A program made the position numbers and the translations under genes. A stretch of 63,011 nt of DNA, filler included, from Dimargaris cristalligena (lineage: Eukaryota): the NCBI GenBank assembly GCA_003614675.1. It is 3 parts of 3 records of this genome, joined end to end, with 100 filler letters (N's around TTAATTAATTAA, not from the genome) between each part and the next. Parts side by side here need not be neighbours in the genome. Positions count along the whole stretch, not along the records: positions 1 to 20,964 come from ML002679.1; positions 21,065 to 41,995 come from ML002680.1; 1 more part is not named here. The stretch is one strand, 5' to 3'. The first letter of the stretch is position 1, and each line of letters starts with the position of its first letter. Shown one piece after another: positions 10,422 through 21,732 of this stretch. The notes under the pieces were generated by a model. It did no database searches. It was not told the origin of the DNA and was given only the letters and a program-made list of their open reading frames with translations.

Positions 10422-12112
10422 ATGGTTCTTGAAGCCTCCGTCATCATGTAGGTTGCTGCCTGTCGATTCTCTTTCTTCACAATACCGAGCAATGTCACAG
10501 CCCCGGTTGGTACTGACTGTAGCCCCTCCCAGTTTGACTAAAAAGGGCTATACTCCCTATTGTCTAGTATATCCCACGAAACCCACCTAATCAATCACAT
10601 CCCCATGTGTTAACTAATCGACCACATCCATCCACCAATAGTCTCGATAACTCCGACTGGATGCGCAATGGGGACTATACCCCAACTCGCTATGCCGCCC
10701 AGAAGGACGCAGTCAACCTCGTCTATTCCGCCAAACTGCAGTCCAATCCCGAAAACACCGTAGCCTGCCTCGCCATGGCCGGTAAAAGGTATGTGTAGCC
10801 ATAAATCTGCCATTGGCTTCACAACTCGCTATTGATAAATACGACACACTGATCTTGCGCCGAAGCCCTTTCCATCACTACTGGCTCGCTGCTTTTCGCA
10901 CATTCTATAAACATCAACATCCTTTTCCAGCCAACTGTTCATCTAACGACGTTCCCCTAATCTTCGCTATTACTTCTTCCCCCCTATCCTTACCAGCCCC
11001 GAAATGCTAGTCTCTCTCACCAACGATGTCGGCCAGATCCTTTCGGGTCTTCACAAAATGAAGCTCGGTGGAAGCCCCAATTTGGAAGCCTCCATCCAGA
11101 TTGCCCAACTGGCCCTCAAGCACCGCGCCAATAAGAACCAACGGCAACGGGTTGTGGTTTTCGTGGGCAGTCCCATTACTACTGACGAAAAATCTCTGGT
11201 CCGGATCGCCAAGAAACTCAAGAAGAATAACATTGCCGTGGATTTCGTCAACTTTGGTGAAATTGCCGAGAACCAGTCCAAACTCGAGGCCTTCATCGCT
11301 AGTATCAACTCCAACGACAACAGCCACCTGGTGAGCATCCCGCCCGGCTCGCATATTCTCAGTGATTTGGTCCGGAACTCCCCTATCATATCGGGTGAGG
11401 AAGGTGGATCGACTAGCTACAGCGGGGCTGACCAGAACGATTTTGAATTCGGCGTGGACCCTAACCTGGACCCCGAACTGGCTCTGGTAAGTTGGGGTGA
11501 TCCTACCTATTGATCATTATACCTTTTCATCGGATGTTTCGGAAGGGGATTTTTAATTTCATATTGCCATTCCCCGGGGCCAACTTACTCAACTATCTTG
11601 TTATTTATGCACCAACCGTTTTTACCCTACTAATTCAGGCCCTTCGCATGTCGATGGAAGAGGAGCGTGCCCGCCAGGCGGCTACCACCGGTCCCAGCTC
11701 GACCAGCAATGCGCAATCATTGGCCAGCGAAAAACCAAATGCCACTTCCGGTTCGGGCAAAGCGCCCGCCACTGCCGGTCACCCAGAAGCCGACGAAGAC
11801 GCCATGCTCGCCCAGGCCCTGGCCCTATCCACCGGTGGGGGTAACCATGACACCACCGATATGGCCATGGATGACAGCACCGACATGAACGAAGACGAGG
11901 AAATTGCCCGGGCCATTGCTCTATCCATGCAGCAAGGGGGCGACGATAATGCGGCCGCGTCCGGTTCGAATATGCCCGATTTCATGTCATCCGTGATCAG
12001 TTCGCTTCCGGGCGTCGATTCCAACGACCCTCGTCTCCAGGATATGATGGAAGACACCCCCGACGAGGATGATAAGGAGAAAGCGAAGAAGGAATCTAAG
12101 CGTGAACAGTAA
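10422..12112 (+). CDS. RPN10: 26S proteasome regulatory subunit Rpn10/S5a (vWA + UIMs)
   Basis: Exons 10422-10447, 10642-10788, 10997-11486, 11639-12112 give MVLEASVIILDNSDWMRNGDYTPTR...QSNPENTV...LALKHRANKNQRQR...FGVDPNLDPELAL|ALRMSMEEER, with UIM-like LAQALALS and IARAIALS. Confidence 0.97.
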
Positions 12113-13020
12113 TTATCTCTCCTCTCGAATTTATTTTTGTTCATTCGATTGGATCCTTCTTCTAGTACCACCTAGGGATCTCAGACACCTCGGACTGTAG
12201 AGGGAGGGGCACCTCCACCTCATCAAGTCACAGGCCATTATGGCGATGGGGTGGCCAAGGAAATGTGCGCCTCCCTTACATCTATTTTTTTAGTATGGGT
12301 GGATATACTGGCTATCCAACCTCCCCCTCTCTCTTCCAGGGTCTTTTCCCTACCATTTATATCTTCCCCTCCATCTCTCTGTACTTTCCACCTGCGCCAA
12401 TTTGACAATGATCGTTCATTACAATCTACCCGTACATCCTTTCTGGCTTCATCCCGTTAAGCAATAAACCACTGATATATACATATAAATATCCGATAAA
12501 CGAAGCTACTATCTAGAGGTTGATCATTAACATTAACAAGCTGCTCTATTTTGGCAAGCTACTCTACTTTAGTTTTAGGGCCGCTTGGTTTAGCTAAGCT
12601 ATGCTATTCTCACCAGCGGATACTCTAATAAGTGCTATCAAGCCCTAGTTCTATCTAATCCATCGCACAAAATCTAGACAATTGGCGAAGCAGGCCCAAA
12701 CGGCCCCTTATAATACATCTCGCCCTCTTCATTTCTTTATATTTCCGCTCACCAATAAACCAGCACCTACGCCCTTTCTTTCCACACTCTAAATTGACCC
12801 AAGAATATCCTTTATTTTTAGATTATATAGTCCGGGAAACCCACGAACATGCTCGGTAAAATGAAAGATCCCCAAAAACCGAAACGTTACTAATGCAGCC
12901 GAAATATAAAAAAATGAGTGAGGGGGGTGGTGTAACTTAGTCCACAGGATCTACGACCTGCGGGTACGTGGGAGGGGAGGGGAGGGGAGGGAACCCAGGT
13001 TCTTCGATTGTCGGTGTTTT

Positions 13021-15213
13021 TTAAGCCTTACCGGACTTGGTAGCCATGGAGGTAGCCTTACCGTCGGGAATGCGAATGAGGTGAACGGCGGGGCTTTCGG
13101 GGGTGGAAGGTTTATCGCAAATGTAGTATCCGCGACGTTCCAGCTGGATAATATCTCCCTGTTTCAGGGCATGTAGGTTACTGTCACCCAGGGCGGGGAC
13201 CTTGAATTCAGTGACGGGAGTGATGAAATCCTTCCAATCGTCGTTTTCCTCCAGTTTCTTCTTGGTGATCAGGTAGTCATAGTCCAGGAGCACACACTGG
13301 ATCAGACCGGGTTCTTCCGCGGGCGTCAGCATGGACAGCCAGGTCAGCTTCTTCTTGGTTTTCTTGAAGTCACCCTCGAGGTGCATTTCCAAATCCACTA
13401 CCTGGACCACCCCGCTGGTTTCGTCCCGCTGGATCCGGCGGACAATCATGTTGCCCCAGTCCATCAGGGTCACTTCTTCACCGACTTCCAGGGCCGCGGC
13501 ATCCTCAGCGTCGAGGCAGAGGGTGCTGGACGTGTACACCTTCTTGGTACCCACGGCGGGGTTCTTCTTGTGCTTGGGCACGTCTTTGGCATGGGGCAGG
13601 GCGGGGCAGTCTAGGACGTTGGCCACGCAGAGGTCCTTTTCGGTGATGGCCGTGTGGCGGGGGGCCACGGGGTCAATCACCTTCTTGTTCAGCGCCCACA
13701 GCTTGTCCCACTCCAGGAGCAGAATATTCTGGGAAGCGCCCTGCATGATGATGTACTGCTTCAGGGCTTCGATGGTGAGACCACGGCGGCGGATACCGCG
13801 CACAGTCGGGAAGCGCGGGTCGTCCCATCCGGTCACCAGACCCTCGCCGACGATGGCCTGCAGCTTACGCTTAGAGAGCAGGGTGTAGACAAAGTTCAGG
13901 CGACTGAAGTCCCAGATGTGAACCTTGCGGATACCCAGGGCATCGAAGAACCATTCGTACTGGGGGTTACGATCGCGGTATTCGTTGGTCCGCAGGGCGT
14001 GGGTGACACCCTCCAGACTGTCTACGACGGGGCAGGCGAAGTCGTAGGTCGGGTAGACCTTCCATTTGCGGCCGTGGATGTGGTGGGGGGCATCGATGTT
14101 GCAGCGGTAGATGACGGGATCACGCATGGCCTTGTTGGGGTTATCGACACTCATCTTGGCCCGCAGACAGCACTTGAGACCATACTCGGTGCCCTCGGTC
14201 ATTTCGGCAAAGCGCTTCAGGTTCTCCTCCATGCTGTTGTTACGGCAGCGGGATTCGATACCGGCCCCGCGTTCTTCGCGCATAGTCAGGTTGTCGGTAT
14301 CATCGACGTAGGCCAGACCCTTGCGGATCAGCTCCAGGGCGTATTCGTAGAGCTGGTCGAAGTAGTCGGAGGTGTGGGTGATTTTTTCACTGGTGATGCC
14401 CAGCAGTTTAAGGTCCTCCACAATGCTCTCTTCGTACTCCATCTTTTCCTTGGAGGGGTTAGTATCGTCGAACCGGATGATCAAACGACCGTTGTACTTT
14501 TGGGCAAAGTACTGGTTGAGCAGGGCGGCCTTGGCGTGGCCAATGTGCAGGTAACCACTGGGTTCAGGCGGGAACCGGGTCACGACGCCCCCTTGGACAC
14601 CGTCCTTCAGCGGGATGTCGAAGTTGCCCTGGTCGACACGGTTCCGGGTAGACTCGACGGCCTTCTGGAGGGCCTGGAGGGCGGCCTCCGCCTGGGGCAG
14701 GGTATTGACGTAGTTGTACCAACGCACCAGGTGGACGCCTAGCTTAGCAGCGGTTCCGCTCTTGAGGTTACTCTGGAAGACCCGGGACGAGCGCAGGGCA
14801 CCCCACACGGCAAAGTCGGCCTCGGTCAAGGCGTAACCGGCCAGGAAACTCCGGAACACCAGGTGGTGGTTCAGCTGGGCCAGACTGGCGCCCAGCTGCT
14901 TGAAGTCGGAGGTGCTGAGCTCACTCTGGGCGGCGGCCAGCCAACGTTCGACGGCGGCGGCTTGGTCGGCATGGCCGCTGGCGTGGCCGGAGAGGGCGGC
15001 CAACTCGCGGATGGCGGCACAGGGACCGACGAATTCGTTGTCGCCCATGGTGAGTACGGTGGTGGAGGACTTGTCGTTGTCCTTGACCAGGGCGGCGTCC
15101 TTCCAGGTGACGGTGATGGTGAGATCGGTGGATTGATCCTGGAGCCAGGCGGCGTAGAGCAGCGGGCCGTAGGGAAGGGCCGGGGCCTTTTGGGCAAGAG
15201 TCAGGGTGGCCAT
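13021..15213 (-). CDS. GUS1: Cytosolic glutamyl-tRNA synthetase with N-terminal GST-like domain (intronless)
   Basis: VVTRFPPEPSGYLHIGHAKAA (HIGH), RFDDTNP, YPTYDFACP, LLSKRKL, GWDDPRFPT. First ATG at 15213 (MATLTLAQK). Confidence 0.97.
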   Translation of the reverse strand: MATLTLAQKAPALPYGPLLYAAWLQDQSTDLTITVTWKDAALVKDNDKSSTTVLTMGDNEFVGPCAAIRELAALSGHASGHADQAAAVERWLAAAQSELSTSDFKQLGASLAQLNHHLVFRSFLAGYALTEADFAVWGALRSSRVFQSNLKSGTAAKLGVHLVRWYNYVNTLPQAEAALQALQKAVESTRNRVDQGNFDIPLKDGVQGGVVTRFPPEPSGYLHIGHAKAALLNQYFAQKYNGRLIIRFDDTNPSKEKMEYEESIVEDLKLLGITSEKITHTSDYFDQLYEYALELIRKGLAYVDDTDNLTMREERGAGIESRCRNNSMEENLKRFAEMTEGTEYGLKCCLRAKMSVDNPNKAMRDPVIYRCNIDAPHHIHGRKWKVYPTYDFACPVVDSLEGVTHALRTNEYRDRNPQYEWFFDALGIRKVHIWDFSRLNFVYTLLSKRKLQAIVGEGLVTGWDDPRFPTVRGIRRRGLTIEALKQYIIMQGASQNILLLEWDKLWALNKKVIDPVAPRHTAITEKDLCVANVLDCPALPHAKDVPKHKKNPAVGTKKVYTSSTLCLDAEDAAALEVGEEVTLMDWGNMIVRRIQRDETSGVVQVVDLEMHLEGDFKKTKKKLTWLSMLTPAEEPGLIQCVLLDYDYLITKKKLEENDDWKDFITPVTEFKVPALGDSNLHALKQGDIIQLERRGYYICDKPSTPESPAVHLIRIPDGKATSMATKSGKA

Positions 15214-16637
15214 GGGTAAGGTCAAATACAATAAGTAATGCGAGAGGAAATAGACGATAAAAAATAATAAAAGGACTTATAAAAAGAAAGGAATCAAGGT
15301 TAAACTGAACCAAGTGGGAAATGGCGGACAAGGGGAAGTACTGGTGCGGCTCACCCAGGGCGGAGAAAGCGGGGGGCCAAACCTAAATCGTACGAGATGA
15401 TTGATTTCTTAGTGAATCAGTGTGATGGCTCGGCTGGTACTCTCTTCAGCCATAGCATTCATTCGGTTCCCCCTCAGTGGCTGTACAGGAGGGTCTCTTG
15501 GGACTATGGTGTTCAATGGGCTGGTGATTCATGTAGTTTCCCCTGCTAACCCTCTAACCCTACTAATCCTTCAAGCATGAATGCAACAAGCCTAGCAGGT
15601 CAGGTGACTCTATCTATAAATTAGAGCTCCGAAGCATTTGGGACTTGTAATACTTTCGGCTAGGTCTACAGAACAGGTGGCCATATTCCTAGGGATACTC
15701 CGGCTCTTAGGCCCGAAAGACCCAAACGAACTCTAAGTGTCTCCGACCATGCCGTAAATCTTGTTATGGAAAGGCTGGTGATTGGCAGGTACTGTTTTAC
15801 ACTTACAATGGTGCGAAAATTGGGCCTTAATCTCGCCACCCTAACTCAGCAGACATTGGTAGTAGTGGACAAACCACCTACACCATCACTAATCAATTGC
15901 GCCATAGTTAATAAAGCGAAGTAAGAGAAGCAGGGGGCGGCTCTCTTTGCGCGATTTCTATCGGCAATTACTCATGGATGATTTGATTTGATTTAGCATA
16001 CAGGTTATACTTCGATTAATCAGGAAATCATTGCTGGTTTATCGAGCTATTGATGTAAGGATTAGTAGGGCACTTCCTATTAATAGAAGCCAGCCTGATA
16101 TAGGATATCGTGAAGACATGATCGGGCACCCAAATTCAAATCTGGGCTCGATTCAGTCGAGTGAGCCACGCCACAATAGGTAAAGGACAAGTTCAATGCT
16201 TTCTAAATACAACTAACCAGCTGCATCTATTTCTTTGAGGTTCAATGGTATCCCAACATAGCAGTAAAGGGTTTTATTAGGCTGGGCAATCCCCTGTGTT
16301 GCCGCCGAATTGTTGAGCCTGACGTCAATCCCTCCTCCTAGTTTGGCAATATGTGACTGGTCTATTCATTATTCCCATCGAACAGGTGACAAACTGGCGA
16401 GGTAAAGATGATCCGCCAGCTTTGGTTTGTGACGACGAAAAATGGAACTCGGTATTAGGCTATAAAGGCCGACTTACCCGCCCAGACTACCAAGTCCCCC
16501 AACCTCCCCTTCTCATTCTTCGCACTTAGACCTTACCTGACAATAACCCTCCCCCTTTCCCTCTCTCTGCTCATCTCCTACCCCTACTCCACCTAACTAT
16601 TGCTACCCCACCTGACTTTTGCTACCCCAACTCTACA

Positions 16638-17594
16638 ATGGCGAGCTTTTCCGATGAGAGTTTCAATGCCAGCAACTACCTGGCCTTCCGCCCCACCTAT
16701 TCACCCACTCTAGCCCAGACCATTGTGGACTACCATACCCAGCGCCCCGGCAACCAGCTGGGACTGGCCGTGGACTTGGCCGCCGGAACGGGCCAAATGT
16801 GCAATGCGCTTAGCCCCCACTTCGACCAGGTTTACGGCCTGGACGTTTCGACCACCATGCTCGAAGCCGCCGCCCCCTTACCCAACGTGGTGTATGCCGT
16901 CAGTCCGGCCGAGGGCCCTTGGGATGCCCGCATTGCTCCTGGCTCGGTCGACCTGGTCACCATTTCCCAGGCGGTCCATTACTTCAAGCGGCCCGACGTC
17001 TGGCAGCAGATTCGCCGCATGCTCAAGCCCGGCGGTACCCTGGCCATTTTCAGCTATAGTTTCATGAGTTTCCCCGGGAAGCCCCAGGCAACCCGGTTAT
17101 TGTGGGACTTGGGACTTAACCCCGCTAAATACGGCGACCTGTGGGACGCTGGTCGGAAGGACGTGGATATCCTTTATGGGGACTGGGACATCCCCTTTGC
17201 CAATGTTCAGCGTCTCTACTCGTCGGCTGCGTTGGTGAGCCCCGCCCGGGCCCTGCCGAGTAGTGAACAGTCCGGTGGGAGGGTGTCCGCTACCACGACC
17301 GCGTTGCCGGCCGACCTGCTGGACCTGTTGCACCGGGTTCAGACTGCGAATGGCGCCTATTTAGGGGCCCCCGAAACGTTTATTCAGCGCGACTTGACTC
17401 CCGCTCAGCTGGAGGCCTACCTCCATACCTGGTCAGCCGGGAAACATTATGTAGCACGCAACCCGGGGCATACTACCCTGGTTGAAGACACCGTCCAGCA
17501 GATGATGGACGGCGAGGGCTGCCCTAACCGAGATCAGCCTTGGGCCGTAGAGTGGAACAACGTTCTTATCTTAGGCCAGAATCCCTCCTCATGA
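16638..17594 (+). CDS. SAM-dependent class I methyltransferase, Tmt1/Crg1-like
   Basis: FSDESFNASNYLAFRPTY, motif I LAVDLAAGTGQ, SVDLVTISQAVHYF, LKPGGTLA. TATAAA at about 16461. Confidence 0.9.
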   Translation: MASFSDESFNASNYLAFRPTYSPTLAQTIVDYHTQRPGNQLGLAVDLAAGTGQMCNALSPHFDQVYGLDVSTTMLEAAAPLPNVVYAVSPAEGPWDARIAPGSVDLVTISQAVHYFKRPDVWQQIRRMLKPGGTLAIFSYSFMSFPGKPQATRLLWDLGLNPAKYGDLWDAGRKDVDILYGDWDIPFANVQRLYSSAALVSPARALPSSEQSGGRVSATTTALPADLLDLLHRVQTANGAYLGAPETFIQRDLTPAQLEAYLHTWSAGKHYVARNPGHTTLVEDTVQQMMDGEGCPNRDQPWAVEWNNVLILGQNPSS

Positions 17595-18750
17595 GTCGCC
17601 TAATAGGAGGAGCCTCAGCTTTAGTACTATACCCTCACCCTCGTTATCCATCGAATGGGCCGAGCAATTCAATAAATTACATGTTTTATAGCCTTCTGTA
17701 ATGACCCATCGCCCAGGCCAAAAATATTGAGTCTGCTCCATTTCGATATTAATCGGCCGCTACCTACTGCTGATTGATGATGATACCGCCGGTATACTGA
17801 CTGGCTTAGGTTCATGGGACTTGTCTTTTATACCGCTGCATTAATTGATGGGGTATATCAACCAATGTTGGCCGCAGGAAGTAAAAACACCCGCAGAGAC
17901 AGCTGCAGGAGAGTTCGTCTCCCGCACCTTGAGCTGCCGGCAACGGGCCATTCGAGGGGTCCGGGAGTAGTTCCCAAATCCGGTCCGGTGAACTTACATA
18001 TCGGCTTTTCCGGTGACCGGTCTACCGACATTATTGCCACGGCTCTTCAACAACGACGGGACCTTATCCCCTTTTACTCTGGGTGCTCCCAATGGCCATT
18101 GAACCCGTGGCACAAACCCGCGAGAATAAGCAGGTGTAGCCTAGAATTCCCAAGCCTCTAATTAAACGGGCCAGTTCAGGCTAACGGGTAATGCAGGCGT
18201 CCCTTGGGCTCTTCACTCCATTAATCACTTGCTACTCACCATGGCGTGACCCTGTAATCGGATAGATCGACACGAATACGCCAACGAGGAGCAGGCTTCC
18301 GAACGGCACTCGATTCAAGCCGAAGAATGGCGGTAATATTACCCTACCATCCCCCTTATATCAGCCATTGATTCGATCGGCCGGATTTTTCAGGTATTGC
18401 CGCCGCCGAGTCAGATGATCAGCAGTATCATTTGCCCTTTCCAAACCAAAGGCTAGGTAGGCTTGGGGAAAGAAAGCCCTGCTGCCCCAAGGCAGTGCCC
18501 ATTCAGTCTCCCTGTGGAAGCATGGTAGGCCTGAAAAGAAGGCGAGAGTTCCCTTGGCATTCCGCCAGTTTAAACCCCGCCTATTCCCTCACTCTTTCTC
18601 TTCCCCTAACCTACAATGCCAGTTGGCCTCTTTAGCTTTAGTTTGTTTAGCCGTTGTTTCTTGTTGAATACTTCAAGTCCAGGGGCTTATTTAAAACCCC
18701 CTTTGTCGCTTTCCCATCCACCTTAACACCCCTTCCCACTGCTATTGTAC

Positions 18751-20964
18751 ATGGCCTATCTGAGCCGGACGGTGGACACCCTCCGCCGCATGCTCAGTGG
18801 TGACCACCCACCGACCGCCGCTTCAGTTGTTACCGCGCCCACTGCCCTGAGTGCCGTAACTACAACCACCACCACTACAGCTGTCGCCGGTTCCCCGCCT
18901 AGTCAGCACTCGCAAAGCAACGGCGGCACCCGTCCCCCCCAAACGCAGACCCATTCTACTCTACCCATTGACCCATCCACCGCCCCATTCCGGCAACCCA
19001 TCGGCACCCAGCTTTCACCAACCGAGGAAATCCCCAAAGCACTGGCTCCTAAACCCAGCGGAGACGGCCTAACCAATGGTAATAGTAAATACGGTGACGA
19101 CAACGTCAATGCCACCAACGACAACGAAACGGAGGAGGAGGACAACGAAGTGTATGCCCCCTACATTACCGCTTCTCCACCCCGCTCACCTGTCCTATTG
19201 GCCGCTAAACAACCACACCACCGCGCTCGCCATTTGCACAGTCCCCGTCGCACCCTCTCCTCTGGCCGCCCCCGGTCCTACAGCCATTCCATTGCGGAAT
19301 CCCCCCGGGGATCCATCCGTGGTCGACGCACCCCCGCGAAACCCGCCGTGCCCACCATTGTCGGCGAATTCGGACTCGACCTCTTTAACCGCCGTCAGCC
19401 GTTTCGCCCATACCGCTCCCGGCACTCCGCCCCGGTCATTAACCAGGAACTCAACGGCGGCTCTCTGGTGCACCTGCGGCGGTTCCTAAGGCAGGGCCTC
19501 CTGCGCGGCCGTATTGAATCCCCGGACACGTGGGAGCCTATCCTACTGAATTTGCTCCTCAAAGCCGTCGCGGAGGTCCAGACCGATGTCCGGGCGGGCG
19601 ATAACCTCGATATCCGCCAGTACGTCAAAATTAAAAAGGTATCCGGTGGTAAACCCCGCGACTCGCAATACGTGGCCGGCGTTGTATGCACCAAGAACTT
19701 GGCCCACCGCAAGATGCCCCAGCTCATGTACCGCCCCCGAATCCTGCTAGTGGGATTCCCTTTGGAATACGAAGCCCAGGCCAACCAATTCCTCTCCCTC
19801 GATGTCGTACTGGCCCAGGAGCGCAGTTTCCTCGAGGCCCTAGTCAATCGCATTCTGGTATCGCTCCCTACCCTCATCCTATTCGCCGGCCCGGTGTCCA
19901 ACATGGCCCAAAAATTGCTATGGCAAAAGGGCATCGCCTTCGCGTACCACGTCAAACGCAGTGTCCTGGCCCAAGTAAGCCGGTTGACCGGGGCTGACCT
20001 AGTGGCCACCCCCGACGCCCTGGCCCAGGATCCCAAGCTGGGGACCTGTACCCAAATGGCCATTGCATCGTTCCAGCACCAATTTCTACCGGGCATCCGC
20101 AAGTCGTACATGTATTTCCACGGATGTCCCCGCCACTACGGCTGCACTCTGGTCCTCCGGGGCACCAGTCAGGAGGAGTTGGTCCAGCTGAAAATGATCA
20201 TGCAGCTGATGGTCTTTGTGGCATTCAGCCTCAAGCGGGAAACCTGCCTCCGCCGGGACTTATTCGCCCTCACCCCAACGGCAGATACCTCGACGGAGGC
20301 CCCGCCGGCATTCGAGTCGGCCACCCAGCTGACCATTACCGCCCAACCCCACTTAGAGTCCGGCGAAGCGAGTCATCACCAGGCCGAGACCGCGCTTCGC
20401 CCCTACCGGGAGACCATCCTGTCCACCTCTCCCGGGGTCAGTTTTGCCCCACCCTACCTGCTAATCCGGATGCGTAACGTCGAGGATCAATACTACCGAA
20501 CCCGTCATGAATACCAGCAGGCCGTCATGGATCGCAGTCACCAGACCCATTTGCATATTCCCTCGTCCCTCCTTACCGGAAGCGCCACAGGGCTCTCCCT
20601 GACCTCCCAGGAAGAGTGGTCCGACGACCTGCGCCTGTTCCATCAGTACGAGAATATTCTCAACGATTACATGATTGATATGCGGGCCGGTGCCACGTTT
20701 ATCCAGCGGCACCCGCCCCAAATCATCGACCCCCTGTACCACCAAAATTTATACGTCTTTTCCACTATGCACCGCCGGGGCGACCGGCAGGCCTGCCATA
20801 CCCCTGAGATTCATCTGGTGGAATACGACCAGGAGAGTGACGTGGCCCTCGGCCAATTCCTCGAGGAAATGTGCTTCAGCCCTGAATTCCGGTGCCCGGC
20901 CCCCTCAACCACTTGCGACCTCCCCATGACCCAACACGTACGCGAATACATCCACGGTCGGGGT
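18751..20964 (+). CDS. FAB1: Fab1/PIKfyve-family PI3P 5-kinase, N-terminal part (runs into the gap; kinase domain not visible)
   Basis: CCT/TCP-1-like domain: GDNLDIRQYVKIKKVSGG, GVVCTKNLAHRKM, PRILL, LGTC, GCTLVLRG. Then TILSTSPGVSFAPPYLL and the Cys/His region DVALGQFLEEMC...C...HVREYIHGRG. Confidence 0.9.
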
Positions 20965-21063
20965 NNNNNNNNNNNNNNNNNNNNNNNNNNNNNNNNNNNN
21001 NNNNNNNNTTAATTAATTAANNNNNNNNNNNNNNNNNNNNNNNNNNNNNNNNNNNNNNNNNNN
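20965..21063. other. Assembly gap / artificial six-frame-stop spacer
   Basis: N run with TTAATTAATTAA at 21009-21020. Confidence 0.97.
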
Positions 21064-21732
21064 NGAAATTCAAACCAGCTGTATAAGGTTTTACATAATA
21101 CGTGTATGGACGAATATATGTGAGGATAGCTTTTAACCAGTAATATGGGCCTCATCCAATGGATTTTTCGTTATACAGCCTAAATGAACTTCTCCCAAAT
21201 GCAACATGTGTGAAGCTCAGTCCCGCTGTATAATAATGGTCTATCCGTTGACTGAGTGGGGTTTTACCAAATGCAGTAATATTCTGCCAGATTTCCCATG
21301 CACTTCTCGTTCGGAATCCTCCATGATTGGGCTGACCTTCGCCGCTTCGGAAAACAAAAAAAGCTTCACGATGTCTGTGCAGGTCCACTTTGTTTATTTC
21401 TACTTTCGAGAAGGAAATAAACATGAACCCCATACTAATCTGAAAATAGTCGGTTTGATCAGGTACGTTATATTTTTATAGACAAATGATTTTGGTTTAC
21501 AGATGCAATTGGTTCCTAGGTGGGTGGGAAGGAAGGGGAGAGGGGGTAATGAAGGAACGCTCAAGACCCGGGAATCGGTCGGAGTATTGGTAGGTTGGGT
21601 AGGTGGGAACACAATTTGAATAGAAGGTGTCTTGTTTACATATCATAATGGCTAGACACTAAAGTGATTGGAATAACAAAATTGGTCAACTATATTGAAT
21701 CGAAAAAGCCCTTGGTGGGTTAGATTCTTAGA

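Noticed and set aside
13654..14742. 362-aa plus-strand ORF and other overlapping ORFs (3927-4661, 11007-11354, 19395-20111)
   Set aside because: Antisense shadows of real GC3-rich genes; no recognisable motifs.
15546..15562. Telomere-like CTAACCCT tandem upstream of GUS1 (similar at about 3497 and 9691)
   Set aside because: Two imperfect units at most; not a telomere, and too weak to call a promoter element.
16320..16327. CRE palindrome TGACGTCA upstream of the methyltransferase
   Set aside because: About one such 8-mer is expected by chance in a window this size; two copies are not persuasive alone.
21009..21020. TTAATTAATTAA palindrome (again at 42040-42051) as a biological site
   Set aside because: Identical, centred in N runs and giving stops in all six frames: a pipeline linker.
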